Virus record (IMG/VR): IMGVR_UViG_3300032214_001563
Location: 5,958 to 69,957 of that record
Length of the DNA stretch: 64,000 nucleotides
Reading direction: 5' to 3' (one strand)
DNA from: a virus
Shown in pieces: positions 54,490 to 62,259 of the stretch. Within the stretch, counting starts at the first letter, position 1. Each line of letters starts with the position of its first letter. Position numbers and translations under genes: made by a program. A model generated the notes under the pieces. It worked only from the letters and a program-made list of their open reading frames with translations. It was not told where the DNA came from and did not search any database.

Positions 54490-56643
54490 ATGCCAATATT
54501 CAGTAATCAATCTTTAGACATCGCAGGAGGTTACGAAGCAATTTCGAATAGAATTTCTGCGCTTCAGGCTTATAATGAGTCAAGACAACTAACTCAGGAT
54601 AGTGATAGACAACGAGGCGATAGTCTTGCTCAATCACTACAAGCATTAGCCGGGCAAAAGTCTTCTGTTGAAGCAAATCAAAGTAGAGATAAAAGAAACC
54701 AACCAACAAGTTTTGATAAGTTGGTTACTCTTATTAACCAAACTAATTTAGGGACTGGATATACCAACACAAATCAATTGATTAGAAAAAATCTTTTGGA
54801 GCTTGTGTTCAAAATGAAAGGTGAAATTAGTAAAATAATCCAGGAAGAGATGTTCCGTACATTAAATTGTGCTCAGGAACAAACATATAAAGGGTATTCA
54901 CCAACTCAATTTCAAAACCTTCAATCCTTATCTCTACTACCTCAGCAGGAAGGAATATATGTTCCAGTTGCAAGTGTAGATTTCAATAATTCACTCAAAA
55001 TAAATCCTCAAACAGGAATCGGTAGATTATACTATGAAACTACTGGTATAACAAGTCTGGCCACTTACAAAAACTACGCTGGCACTTCAGGTTTCCCAAT
55101 GAACTATGAGTTAAACCAACGTATTCAAAATCCAGGGGACACATTCAGAGACGAATATTCTGTGTATTATAATGGAAGGAGTCGTCAACAAATTTTTGAT
55201 ATTGAATATACTACACTAAATGGTGTAGGTGCAACAGGAGACTTTTTCCGAGTTTTCCTAATAGATAGAGAAGGTTCTCCCGCAACAACTAATCCAGCTC
55301 AAGCAACACTTCAATTTTCAGCAAATACAATAGTTACAGCAATTGGTGATTATGTTCAATCTATTGATTTGTTCAGTGCCAAAACTTTTCTAGCAAGTTT
55401 ACTTAACATAACAACAGGTCTAGTGGCAGGAGGTTTATCAATTCAACAATTAGAAAACCAGAATAAATTTGTTACAATTTTATTCCGAATTATGGGTATT
55501 TGTGAACCAGGTTCATCCGAGATAGATGTATCTGGGGTGGCCAAGGTTTCTGAGTTGGACAATTTGGATGACGAGTTTTTCACATTCAGCGAAATCGAAT
55601 TAAATGATATTAACCAAGCCTCTAATAATCAAAAAAGAGGTATTGTACAGTACATTGATTGTGATAATGTTGATTTACCGGTGAACAACCAAATTCTTTT
55701 ACAAGAACTTGATACTTTATCCAACACCATCGATTCTCTTCCAATTGAAGACCAAGTAGCAGAAATTGAAAGGATTTTGGATAATATACCCCAAACTTGG
55801 TCGCAGGAAGGTTTTGGAGGAATCAACTTTGATTGGGAAAATCCTTTCAATCGAGATTTAATAAAAAAAATTCCTGCAGCTCTTTTTTATTCAATTCTCA
55901 CACCCAAAACTCTACTTCCAATGTTTGTTTTTATTGAATATCAAAGAGAACAAATTGTGGGTTTTGCAAACAATTTAATTGTATCTGGGAATACAATTAT
56001 TGCTTCAGCAAACACGCTAATCAACTCTGCAAATACTTTAAATGCATTAGCTAGTACGCTGGTTACTGACGGAGTGGATTTTGCCAAAAAGTTCAGAAAG
56101 TTTGTTACTAGAGTAATTGGTAGAATAATGAATAGATTTCTTGAATTACTTTTTAATATGCTGAAAAAAAATCTATTGAGATTGCTTCGAGAAATTTTGA
56201 GAGATATTGCCAGAACTAGTAAAAGTGCTAAGCTCAAAGCCATCAACGCTTTGTTAAATTACGCTGAGCCACTTATCCAAGGGTTTTTGAATTATCGAGA
56301 ATGTAAAAGTTTAATTAAACAGATTCAAAGAATTCTGGAATTAATTAGAGGAGAACCAAGAACTCCGCCATCGCCCCTATCTGCAGCGTTAATTGTGTTG
56401 TCAGATTTTTTACCTGGAATCAGTCCAGAAAGAGGTGTGCTCAATACCATTGAGTATATGCAGGCTTATGGATTAAAAACAGGAGCTCTACCAGATGGTA
56501 GTCCTAACAGGATGGTTGCATTTACAACAGCTATGCAGAAAGGTGGTTATGATGAATTCATTACAAACGGTAAGGTAGAAGGTACGGCATTCATCCCACC
56601 AGTAACTGGAGGGTTAGTAAAAGTATGGGCAAAAGCAAAATAG
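54490..56643 (+). CDS. Putative baseplate/virion structural protein
   Basis: 717 aa, upstream of the gp5-like gene; carries TGYT, TGIT, SGNT and SANT x3. Confidence 0.55.
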   Translation: MPIFSNQSLDIAGGYEAISNRISALQAYNESRQLTQDSDRQRGDSLAQSLQALAGQKSSVEANQSRDKRNQPTSFDKLVTLINQTNLGTGYTNTNQLIRKNLLELVFKMKGEISKIIQEEMFRTLNCAQEQTYKGYSPTQFQNLQSLSLLPQQEGIYVPVASVDFNNSLKINPQTGIGRLYYETTGITSLATYKNYAGTSGFPMNYELNQRIQNPGDTFRDEYSVYYNGRSRQQIFDIEYTTLNGVGATGDFFRVFLIDREGSPATTNPAQATLQFSANTIVTAIGDYVQSIDLFSAKTFLASLLNITTGLVAGGLSIQQLENQNKFVTILFRIMGICEPGSSEIDVSGVAKVSELDNLDDEFFTFSEIELNDINQASNNQKRGIVQYIDCDNVDLPVNNQILLQELDTLSNTIDSLPIEDQVAEIERILDNIPQTWSQEGFGGINFDWENPFNRDLIKKIPAALFYSILTPKTLLPMFVFIEYQREQIVGFANNLIVSGNTIIASANTLINSANTLNALASTLVTDGVDFAKKFRKFVTRVIGRIMNRFLELLFNMLKKNLLRLLREILRDIARTSKSAKLKAINALLNYAEPLIQGFLNYRECKSLIKQIQRILELIRGEPRTPPSPLSAALIVLSDFLPGISPERGVLNTIEYMQAYGLKTGALPDGSPNRMVAFTTAMQKGGYDEFITNGKVEGTAFIPPVTGGLVKVWAKAK

Positions 56644-56644
56644 T

Positions 56645-56854
56645 ATGACACAGGAAGAATTCAAAGTTTTTATAGAGGTAGCCAAAGACGCTAAAAATGT
56701 ACCCAATCAAAGATTGGAACAAGTCATGGACCAACTTGCAGATGAGTTTGAGACTACCAAACAAAACATTTTAGGTTTGAGTGTTTATCTCGATAAAGTA
56801 GAAGAATTGTACAATTCAATTTTGAAGGAATATCAAAACAGAAATGGAAGGTAG
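56645..56854 (+). CDS. Hypothetical coiled-coil protein
   Basis: 69-aa coupled ORF. Confidence 0.6.
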   Translation: MTQEEFKVFIEVAKDAKNVPNQRLEQVMDQLADEFETTKQNILGLSVYLDKVEELYNSILKEYQNRNGR

Positions 56855-58343
56855 AATTTGGTTTTATGGTGTGGTAGTTGACAACCAAGACCCTCTCAAT
56901 CTTGGAAGGGTTAGGGTACAGGTACTCACTGATGACGTAGCAGCAATCAAGAAAAGTTACGATGGGTTTGGTCCAAAAAACTATTGGACAGAAAAAGACC
57001 CATTTGTTTTTAATTCATTACTTCCACTGTATGTTTGGTCGGTTCCTAAGGTCGATGAATTAGTGCAGGTTTATTACCATGAACCCAACACCACACAATT
57101 CCTTAACCAATACTACATTCAGGGACCATTCAATAGAATTCAAAACATTGTTCAGGAAAACTATAATGAGTCTCAAAAGTTCACTGACATTTCTGGTGTT
57201 CAAATCATTGGTGCGCAAAACCTCAGAAACCCAGATGGTACATACAAAAACCCAGACCCCGATGGTGTTTTCCCAGACCCAGGCGACGTTGCCCTTTTGG
57301 GTAGAGGTAGTACCGATATTGTATTGAAAGAAGATACCACGCTTATTCGTGCTGGAAAATACAATGGTGAATTAATTTCCAATAGAGACCCAATCGGCAA
57401 TAAAAACCGAGCGTTCATTCAGCTAAGTAAGTTTCAAACAAAAACCTCTATTGGTGGAACAATTAAGCAAGCCGATTTAAAAGTACAAAATCTGCAGGTC
57501 AATTACCTCGTAGAATATGAAATAAGCAATCCTGAAAACACATTTGATTTATTTAACGGGAGTGTAAGATTATACAAATTACTTCCCAATGCCTTGACCA
57601 CTTCTCAGAATCTAAAAGTTGACTCAAACGTTGAGCAATATAAGTTTATTCGTGCTTCACAGACATTTTCTATGTTAAATTTACAAGATGCAATTGCTTA
57701 CATCAATAACTTTATTCAAGCGTGTAACTCAGAGCTTAAAACAAAAACTGGTACAGTCCTCTTTAGTGCATTTGATGAAAGGTTTCCAATCTTTTTTAGA
57801 CCTTCCAATAATTCATACCAGTTGATGCAGACAACCCCAGTCAACCAAGTGCGGCAAACACTCACTACGGTTTTCACAAAGGTTAAACTTAATCCTAACG
57901 ATAAAATTGGGGGCTATGGATTGATATACCAAAAAGACAGAGTTGGTGACCCAATAAAAATAACCCCAAAGAGTTTTAGGAAAATTGAAACTAATGCGTT
58001 ACCTGAAACCTATGGTGCATTTGGTGCACAACATGTTTATTTATTGTCGCAACTTTCACAAATTCCAGGAAAAAACAAAATTAACTTCAGCAACTCACTA
58101 TATGGTATTGATGAGCAAACTTTTGCGCTTCAAATTCAACCAAATACTTCAAGTGCTGTAAGAGGTGAGGAACTTATGGAACTACTCAACATAATAGTAA
58201 GGTTCTTAGTATCGCACACCCATGGGTTTCCTGGTGAACCCCCCATTCCAGTGACAGAAGATGGTTCAAGCGTGGATAATCTTATCCAGCAGTTAAATGA
58301 AGCTTATACAAAGGTACTAAATCAATATATTCGTTTGAATTGA
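56844..58343 (+). CDS. Baseplate hub/central spike protein (gp5/VgrG-like OB fold)
   Basis: WFYGVVVDNQDPLNLGRVRV OB-fold start; LLGRGSTD; C-terminal VRGEEL..SHTH (HxH metal motif). Confidence 0.8.
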   Translation: MEGRIWFYGVVVDNQDPLNLGRVRVQVLTDDVAAIKKSYDGFGPKNYWTEKDPFVFNSLLPLYVWSVPKVDELVQVYYHEPNTTQFLNQYYIQGPFNRIQNIVQENYNESQKFTDISGVQIIGAQNLRNPDGTYKNPDPDGVFPDPGDVALLGRGSTDIVLKEDTTLIRAGKYNGELISNRDPIGNKNRAFIQLSKFQTKTSIGGTIKQADLKVQNLQVNYLVEYEISNPENTFDLFNGSVRLYKLLPNALTTSQNLKVDSNVEQYKFIRASQTFSMLNLQDAIAYINNFIQACNSELKTKTGTVLFSAFDERFPIFFRPSNNSYQLMQTTPVNQVRQTLTTVFTKVKLNPNDKIGGYGLIYQKDRVGDPIKITPKSFRKIETNALPETYGAFGAQHVYLLSQLSQIPGKNKINFSNSLYGIDEQTFALQIQPNTSSAVRGEELMELLNIIVRFLVSHTHGFPGEPPIPVTEDGSSVDNLIQQLNEAYTKVLNQYIRLN

Positions 58344-58364
58344 TATTTATTAAAAAAAAGTATA

Positions 58365-59879
58365 ATGTCAATTTACAGGTCGTATTTTAGTAGAAACAAT
58401 ACTCTTCTTTCAAATCTATACACAAACACAGCCAGAAACCCAGTGGTTGAGCTTAACTTTGGTAGCTCAGACCTTGTAGTTCCCAATTTTGGTTTCACTC
58501 GTTTTATCTTTGACCTAGACCTAGACGGTCTAAGACAAATGATTGCCGAAAAATACATCTCGACAGGATGTACGACAGCCATTACCCATACCCTATTGAT
58601 GACCAATACTTCATCATTTAGCGACGACCTAATTAACACCAACATGAATAATGGAAGAAAAAGAGCAACTTCTTTTGACCTTATTCTATTTAGAATTCCA
58701 AAGTTTTCTGGAGCAACTGGAACACCACAACTATGGGACGAAGGTGTTGGTTACGACTACAATGATTTTGGGACAACTCAAAATGGTATATCAGGGTCTC
58801 AAACAGCCATTGAACAATACAATAACAAGAATTTTTCTCTTCGTCCATCAAACTGGTATCAAACAACCACGGTAGCTAACTGGTCTCAACCAGGGATTTA
58901 TGACAATAGAAATTCTTTAACAGGACTGACCGGACTTAATTATTCTGCTCTTACCATAATTGACGAGCAACACTTTGAATTAGGAAACGAAGATATCCAA
59001 TTTGATATGACAGATGAGATAACCGGATTACTTAACGGAACAATCACTGGTGTAACAGGATATGGTATTGCCTACAAACCAGATATTGAAAACATAACTG
59101 GTCTTACCGAATCTTATTCTGTTGGTTTCTTTGGGAAATACACCCAAACATTTTACCAGCCATATCTCTTGACTGATTATAATGACCTCATCCAAGATGA
59201 TAGAAATGTATTCCTAAAAAACCAAACCAATAAACTATACCTTTATGTTTATCAAAACGGAGACTTTGTTAATTTAGACAATCTTCCAGGAGTAAACATT
59301 GAAGACCAAAATGGTGACATTGTAACCGGAGGTTCAGGACTTACAACATGTCAGGTGACAAGAGGTGTTTATGAAGTAACAGTTCCAAACATATTTGTCA
59401 ATCAACCAGTACCTTGCTTGTTCTATGACGTATGGACTGGACTTACCATAAATGGGCAATCACTACCAAACGTAACAAACCAGTTCGTTATTCAAAATTA
59501 TTCTGCTGGTATTCAAATTGGTAGTCTCTCAAAAGAACCTAGCAAATATGGCTTTAGCTTCTATGGTATTCTTCAAAATGAAAAAATCCTTAACACAGAA
59601 GTTCGTAAAGTGGGGGTTGTTGTTAAAAAAGAATGGACCGCTCAACAACTACTCGAAAACATTGACATATTTTATCGTGTATATGTTACTGAAGGAACTA
59701 CAGAAGTTCAGGTTCAAGATTGGACTGCTGTCAATCGTACGCCAAACGAATATTATTTTATGTTTGATATGAGGGACAAAATTCCTAATGAGTATTATGT
59801 AGATATCAAAGTGAACACAAGTGGGGAGAAAGATATTTATAAGGATACATTAAGATTCCAAATCGTTAACAAAAAATGA
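58365..59879 (+). CDS. Virion structural protein (beta-rich)
   Basis: Thr/Gly/Asn-rich with seven [ST]GxT motifs; TATTTAT at 58344-58350. Confidence 0.6.
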   Translation: MSIYRSYFSRNNTLLSNLYTNTARNPVVELNFGSSDLVVPNFGFTRFIFDLDLDGLRQMIAEKYISTGCTTAITHTLLMTNTSSFSDDLINTNMNNGRKRATSFDLILFRIPKFSGATGTPQLWDEGVGYDYNDFGTTQNGISGSQTAIEQYNNKNFSLRPSNWYQTTTVANWSQPGIYDNRNSLTGLTGLNYSALTIIDEQHFELGNEDIQFDMTDEITGLLNGTITGVTGYGIAYKPDIENITGLTESYSVGFFGKYTQTFYQPYLLTDYNDLIQDDRNVFLKNQTNKLYLYVYQNGDFVNLDNLPGVNIEDQNGDIVTGGSGLTTCQVTRGVYEVTVPNIFVNQPVPCLFYDVWTGLTINGQSLPNVTNQFVIQNYSAGIQIGSLSKEPSKYGFSFYGILQNEKILNTEVRKVGVVVKKEWTAQQLLENIDIFYRVYVTEGTTEVQVQDWTAVNRTPNEYYFMFDMRDKIPNEYYVDIKVNTSGEKDIYKDTLRFQIVNKK

Positions 59880-60367
59880 AAAAAGTAATCAAACTATCAG
59901 AGTCAGACCTTAAAAAACTTGTTTTAAGAGCTTTAAAAGAAGCTGAACATGAACATAACCGTTACATGTTTTTTAGTAACTTAGAACAAATGAAAAGGCA
60001 AGCAGAGAGACTTTTAGAGTTGGACCACGATAAAATTCATGCGATTTTGGAAAATGGACACGATTGGGCTGACGACCACATTACAGTAGCCAAGGAAAAC
60101 CTTGACCAAGTATTTGATTTTATGATGAATGAAATCGAAGGTAATGGTGAGGAGTTAATGATGGCAATGGATATGGACATCATGGAAGCAAAGAAGAAAA
60201 ATAGAAAAAAGACTGGAACTCCATTATGTGCAAGAGGTATGGCAGCGGCAAAGGCTAAATATGATGTATACCCTTCAGCATACGCTAACGGATACGCTGT
60301 ACAAGTGTGTCAGGGCGAACAACCTGGCCTTGACGGAAAAAAAAGATGTTCGGGAGCATATTGTTAA
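59876..60367 (+). CDS. Candidate head protein with targeting leader and KYDVYPSAYANG domain
   Basis: Leader MKKVIKLSESDLKKLVLRALKE; LENGHDWADDHI; AKAKYDVYPSAYANG; TATTTATA at 59834-59841. Confidence 0.65.
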   Translation: MKKVIKLSESDLKKLVLRALKEAEHEHNRYMFFSNLEQMKRQAERLLELDHDKIHAILENGHDWADDHITVAKENLDQVFDFMMNEIEGNGEELMMAMDMDIMEAKKKNRKKTGTPLCARGMAAAKAKYDVYPSAYANGYAVQVCQGEQPGLDGKKRCSGAYC

Positions 60368-60383
60368 TTTGAAAAATTTGTTT

Positions 60384-60391
60384 TACCTTTG
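60384..60391 (+). promoter_or_regulatory. Bacteroidota-type sigma70 -7 box (TAnnTTTG)
   Basis: TACCTTTG with TTG 20 nt upstream, before ATG 60410. Confidence 0.5.
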
Positions 60392-60409
60392 TCATCAAAG
60401 ATTAAGGTA

Positions 60410-60814
60410 ATGAAAAATCTAGAACATAAATTTCGTCGGTTTATCCAAAAACAGACACTCCAACTTTTTCGGTATGTTAGCACCGAACAAGAAAAATCCG
60501 TATATGAACGTGATTGCGTAGCAGTATGCAAGAAGTTCATCAATCAACCGGACTCAGTAATGTTGCTAACACCTATCAGTGGTAAGCGATATATTAGAAG
60601 TGAAAAGAACGAGATTTTTATAATTCTTGATTCCCACCGAGTGAAGATAATCAACCATGTTTACGCTTATGACGTGCACATGAACGATAAGTCATGGAAC
60701 CAAATAATTTCACTTTTTGACAATGAAGTTGAAAAACGTAGAGAAGTTTTTGAACAACAAATCACTGCAAACATCAAATCCTCACTTCAAAAAATTATAA
60801 AAGAAAAACAATGA
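60410..60814 (+). CDS. Hypothetical protein
   Basis: ATG 60410; LLTPISGKRYI...FDNEVEKRR. Confidence 0.65.
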   Translation: MKNLEHKFRRFIQKQTLQLFRYVSTEQEKSVYERDCVAVCKKFINQPDSVMLLTPISGKRYIRSEKNEIFIILDSHRVKIINHVYAYDVHMNDKSWNQIISLFDNEVEKRREVFEQQITANIKSSLQKIIKEKQ

Positions 60815-61158
60815 AACACCCCTTCTTAACCCTTTATTATACTGGTATAGGCATCCTTTTGAGTGTTGGAGTTATTTTAACTTTGGTAGTAATTAATGTT
60901 CCAAACATCACCCGAGCCTTTACTAAGGAAACGTCAGCACCAAAAACATATCCTGAAAGTGGGGATGTTGAAGTATTACAAAATATTCCAACAAAGGAAA
61001 CAAAAAAATTGACTAATAAAGAGCCTGTAAAGAATAAGTCAGAAAACAGTAATACTAAAGATGTAAATCAAACAAATATTCAAGTCGAACAACAAAATGT
61101 GGGTTTGAATGTTGTAGACACTCAATTCGTTAAGAAAGATTCTGCTTTGAATCAATAG
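60811..61158 (+). CDS. Single-pass membrane protein
   Basis: Hydrophobic segment YTGIGILLSVGVILTLVVINV followed by a low-complexity tail. Confidence 0.6.
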   Translation: MKHPFLTLYYTGIGILLSVGVILTLVVINVPNITRAFTKETSAPKTYPESGDVEVLQNIPTKETKKLTNKEPVKNKSENSNTKDVNQTNIQVEQQNVGLNVVDTQFVKKDSALNQ

Positions 61159-61774
61159 TCTCTCTTAAAACCTTAGTAATAAGGTTTTTTAAACCCTCGT
61201 TTTTCTTTTTGGGTTTATAGGATACCATGGTAGGTTTGTTTCCCTTTCCTACCTTGGGATTCTTTTTTTCTTCTCTTCTCTTTTGAGCGCAAGCTGCTTT
61301 TTTTTGTGCATCACTCATTTTTGAGGCTACTCCAGCTGCTCTACATTTTGGATAAGCTTTCGATTCACCTTCTGCGCGTCCACAGGGCGGGTGACCTCCT
61401 CCTTCTTTTTTTCTACAAATGTTTACCCAAGGACCTTTGGGTTGTTTACTACCCTTGGGTTTTTTCTTTGTACCAAACCATACGGCTAAATCTTCATTTA
61501 GGACATCCTCACCCTTGAAAATGTCTTTCCTAATTTTTTTTACCTTGTTCATTTTTGACTTGGTTGTTTTTTCGTCTTTACCAACTTCCTTTTTTGTTTT
61601 TTTAAGCTCACCATCGTAAGAATCATAAGAAGTATCATTATTTAAATATCTTGATAGTTTTACTATAAAAGGTTGTAACTGATTGTTGGACCAATTTTGT
61701 GGGGTAATATTTAATTTACCCTTATATTGTCCATCACTAGATGAAGTAGTGCTCTCGTTGATTTTTTTATTCAT
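61130..61774 (-). CDS. Basic candidate head protein (DUF5872-like motif)
   Basis: EDLAVWF..PWVNIC..PCGR..YPKCR..MS.AQK; ATG 61774 follows TATTTATA at 61789-61796. Confidence 0.6.
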   Translation of the reverse strand: MNKKINESTTSSSDGQYKGKLNITPQNWSNNQLQPFIVKLSRYLNNDTSYDSYDGELKKTKKEVGKDEKTTKSKMNKVKKIRKDIFKGEDVLNEDLAVWFGTKKKPKGSKQPKGPWVNICRKKEGGGHPPCGRAEGESKAYPKCRAAGVASKMSDAQKKAACAQKRREEKKNPKVGKGNKPTMVSYKPKKKNEGLKNLITKVLRETIDSKQNLS

Positions 61775-61807
61775 AAAGCTTATACTTTTATAAATATCAT
61801 ATTTTAT

Positions 61808-62053
61808 ATGCAAGATTTCCCAGCAATTCAATTATTTGACCGTATTAATATTCAATCAGCACAAGATTTTGATAATTTGGTTGATGATTTAAATCACGAC
61901 CAAGCAACATTTATTATCCAGATTGCTTTGGATAAAGCTTACAGTTCTGGAATTTTTAGTTTAAGTGAAGCAGAAATTCTTTCGAAGTCACTACGTATTA
62001 AAAATAATATTCCAAAATCAAATCCAAAGAATGAATCTAAACGAAATAAGTAA
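61808..62053 (+). CDS. Hypothetical protein
   Basis: 81 aa; AYSSGIFSLSEAEILSKSLR. Confidence 0.6.
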   Translation: MQDFPAIQLFDRINIQSAQDFDNLVDDLNHDQATFIIQIALDKAYSSGIFSLSEAEILSKSLRIKNNIPKSNPKNESKRNK

Positions 62054-62216
62054 AAGAATTGTAGAAGGGGAACATTTTCTGACTGAAGTTGTTAGAAATG
62101 GACATAAACCATATTATGGTGATGAATATGAAACTATAAGAACTGAAGTTGGTATTTTGAGGTGTTTGTATTTTGGAAATGATTCCAAGTTTTGTAATCC
62201 GAGATATAGGAAATAA
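62031..62216 (+). CDS. Small hypothetical protein
   Basis: ATG 62031 (MNLNEISKRIVE...), ending at the terminator. Confidence 0.5.
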   Translation: MNLNEISKRIVEGEHFLTEVVRNGHKPYYGDEYETIRTEVGILRCLYFGNDSKFCNPRYRK

Positions 62217-62246
62217 AAAAAGGGGGCGTAAGCCCCCTTCCTTTTT
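62215..62246. terminator. Bidirectional intrinsic terminator downstream of the major capsid gene
   Basis: AAGGGGGC-GTAA-GCCCCCTT hairpin flanked by an A-run and a T-run, between convergent genes. Confidence 0.85.
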
Positions 62247-62259
62247 GTAAATTGAAATA

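Noticed and set aside
2405-61796. TATAAATA read as T4-type late promoters
   Set aside because: In that orientation they point away from the adjacent start codons; the consistent coding-strand form is TATTTAT.
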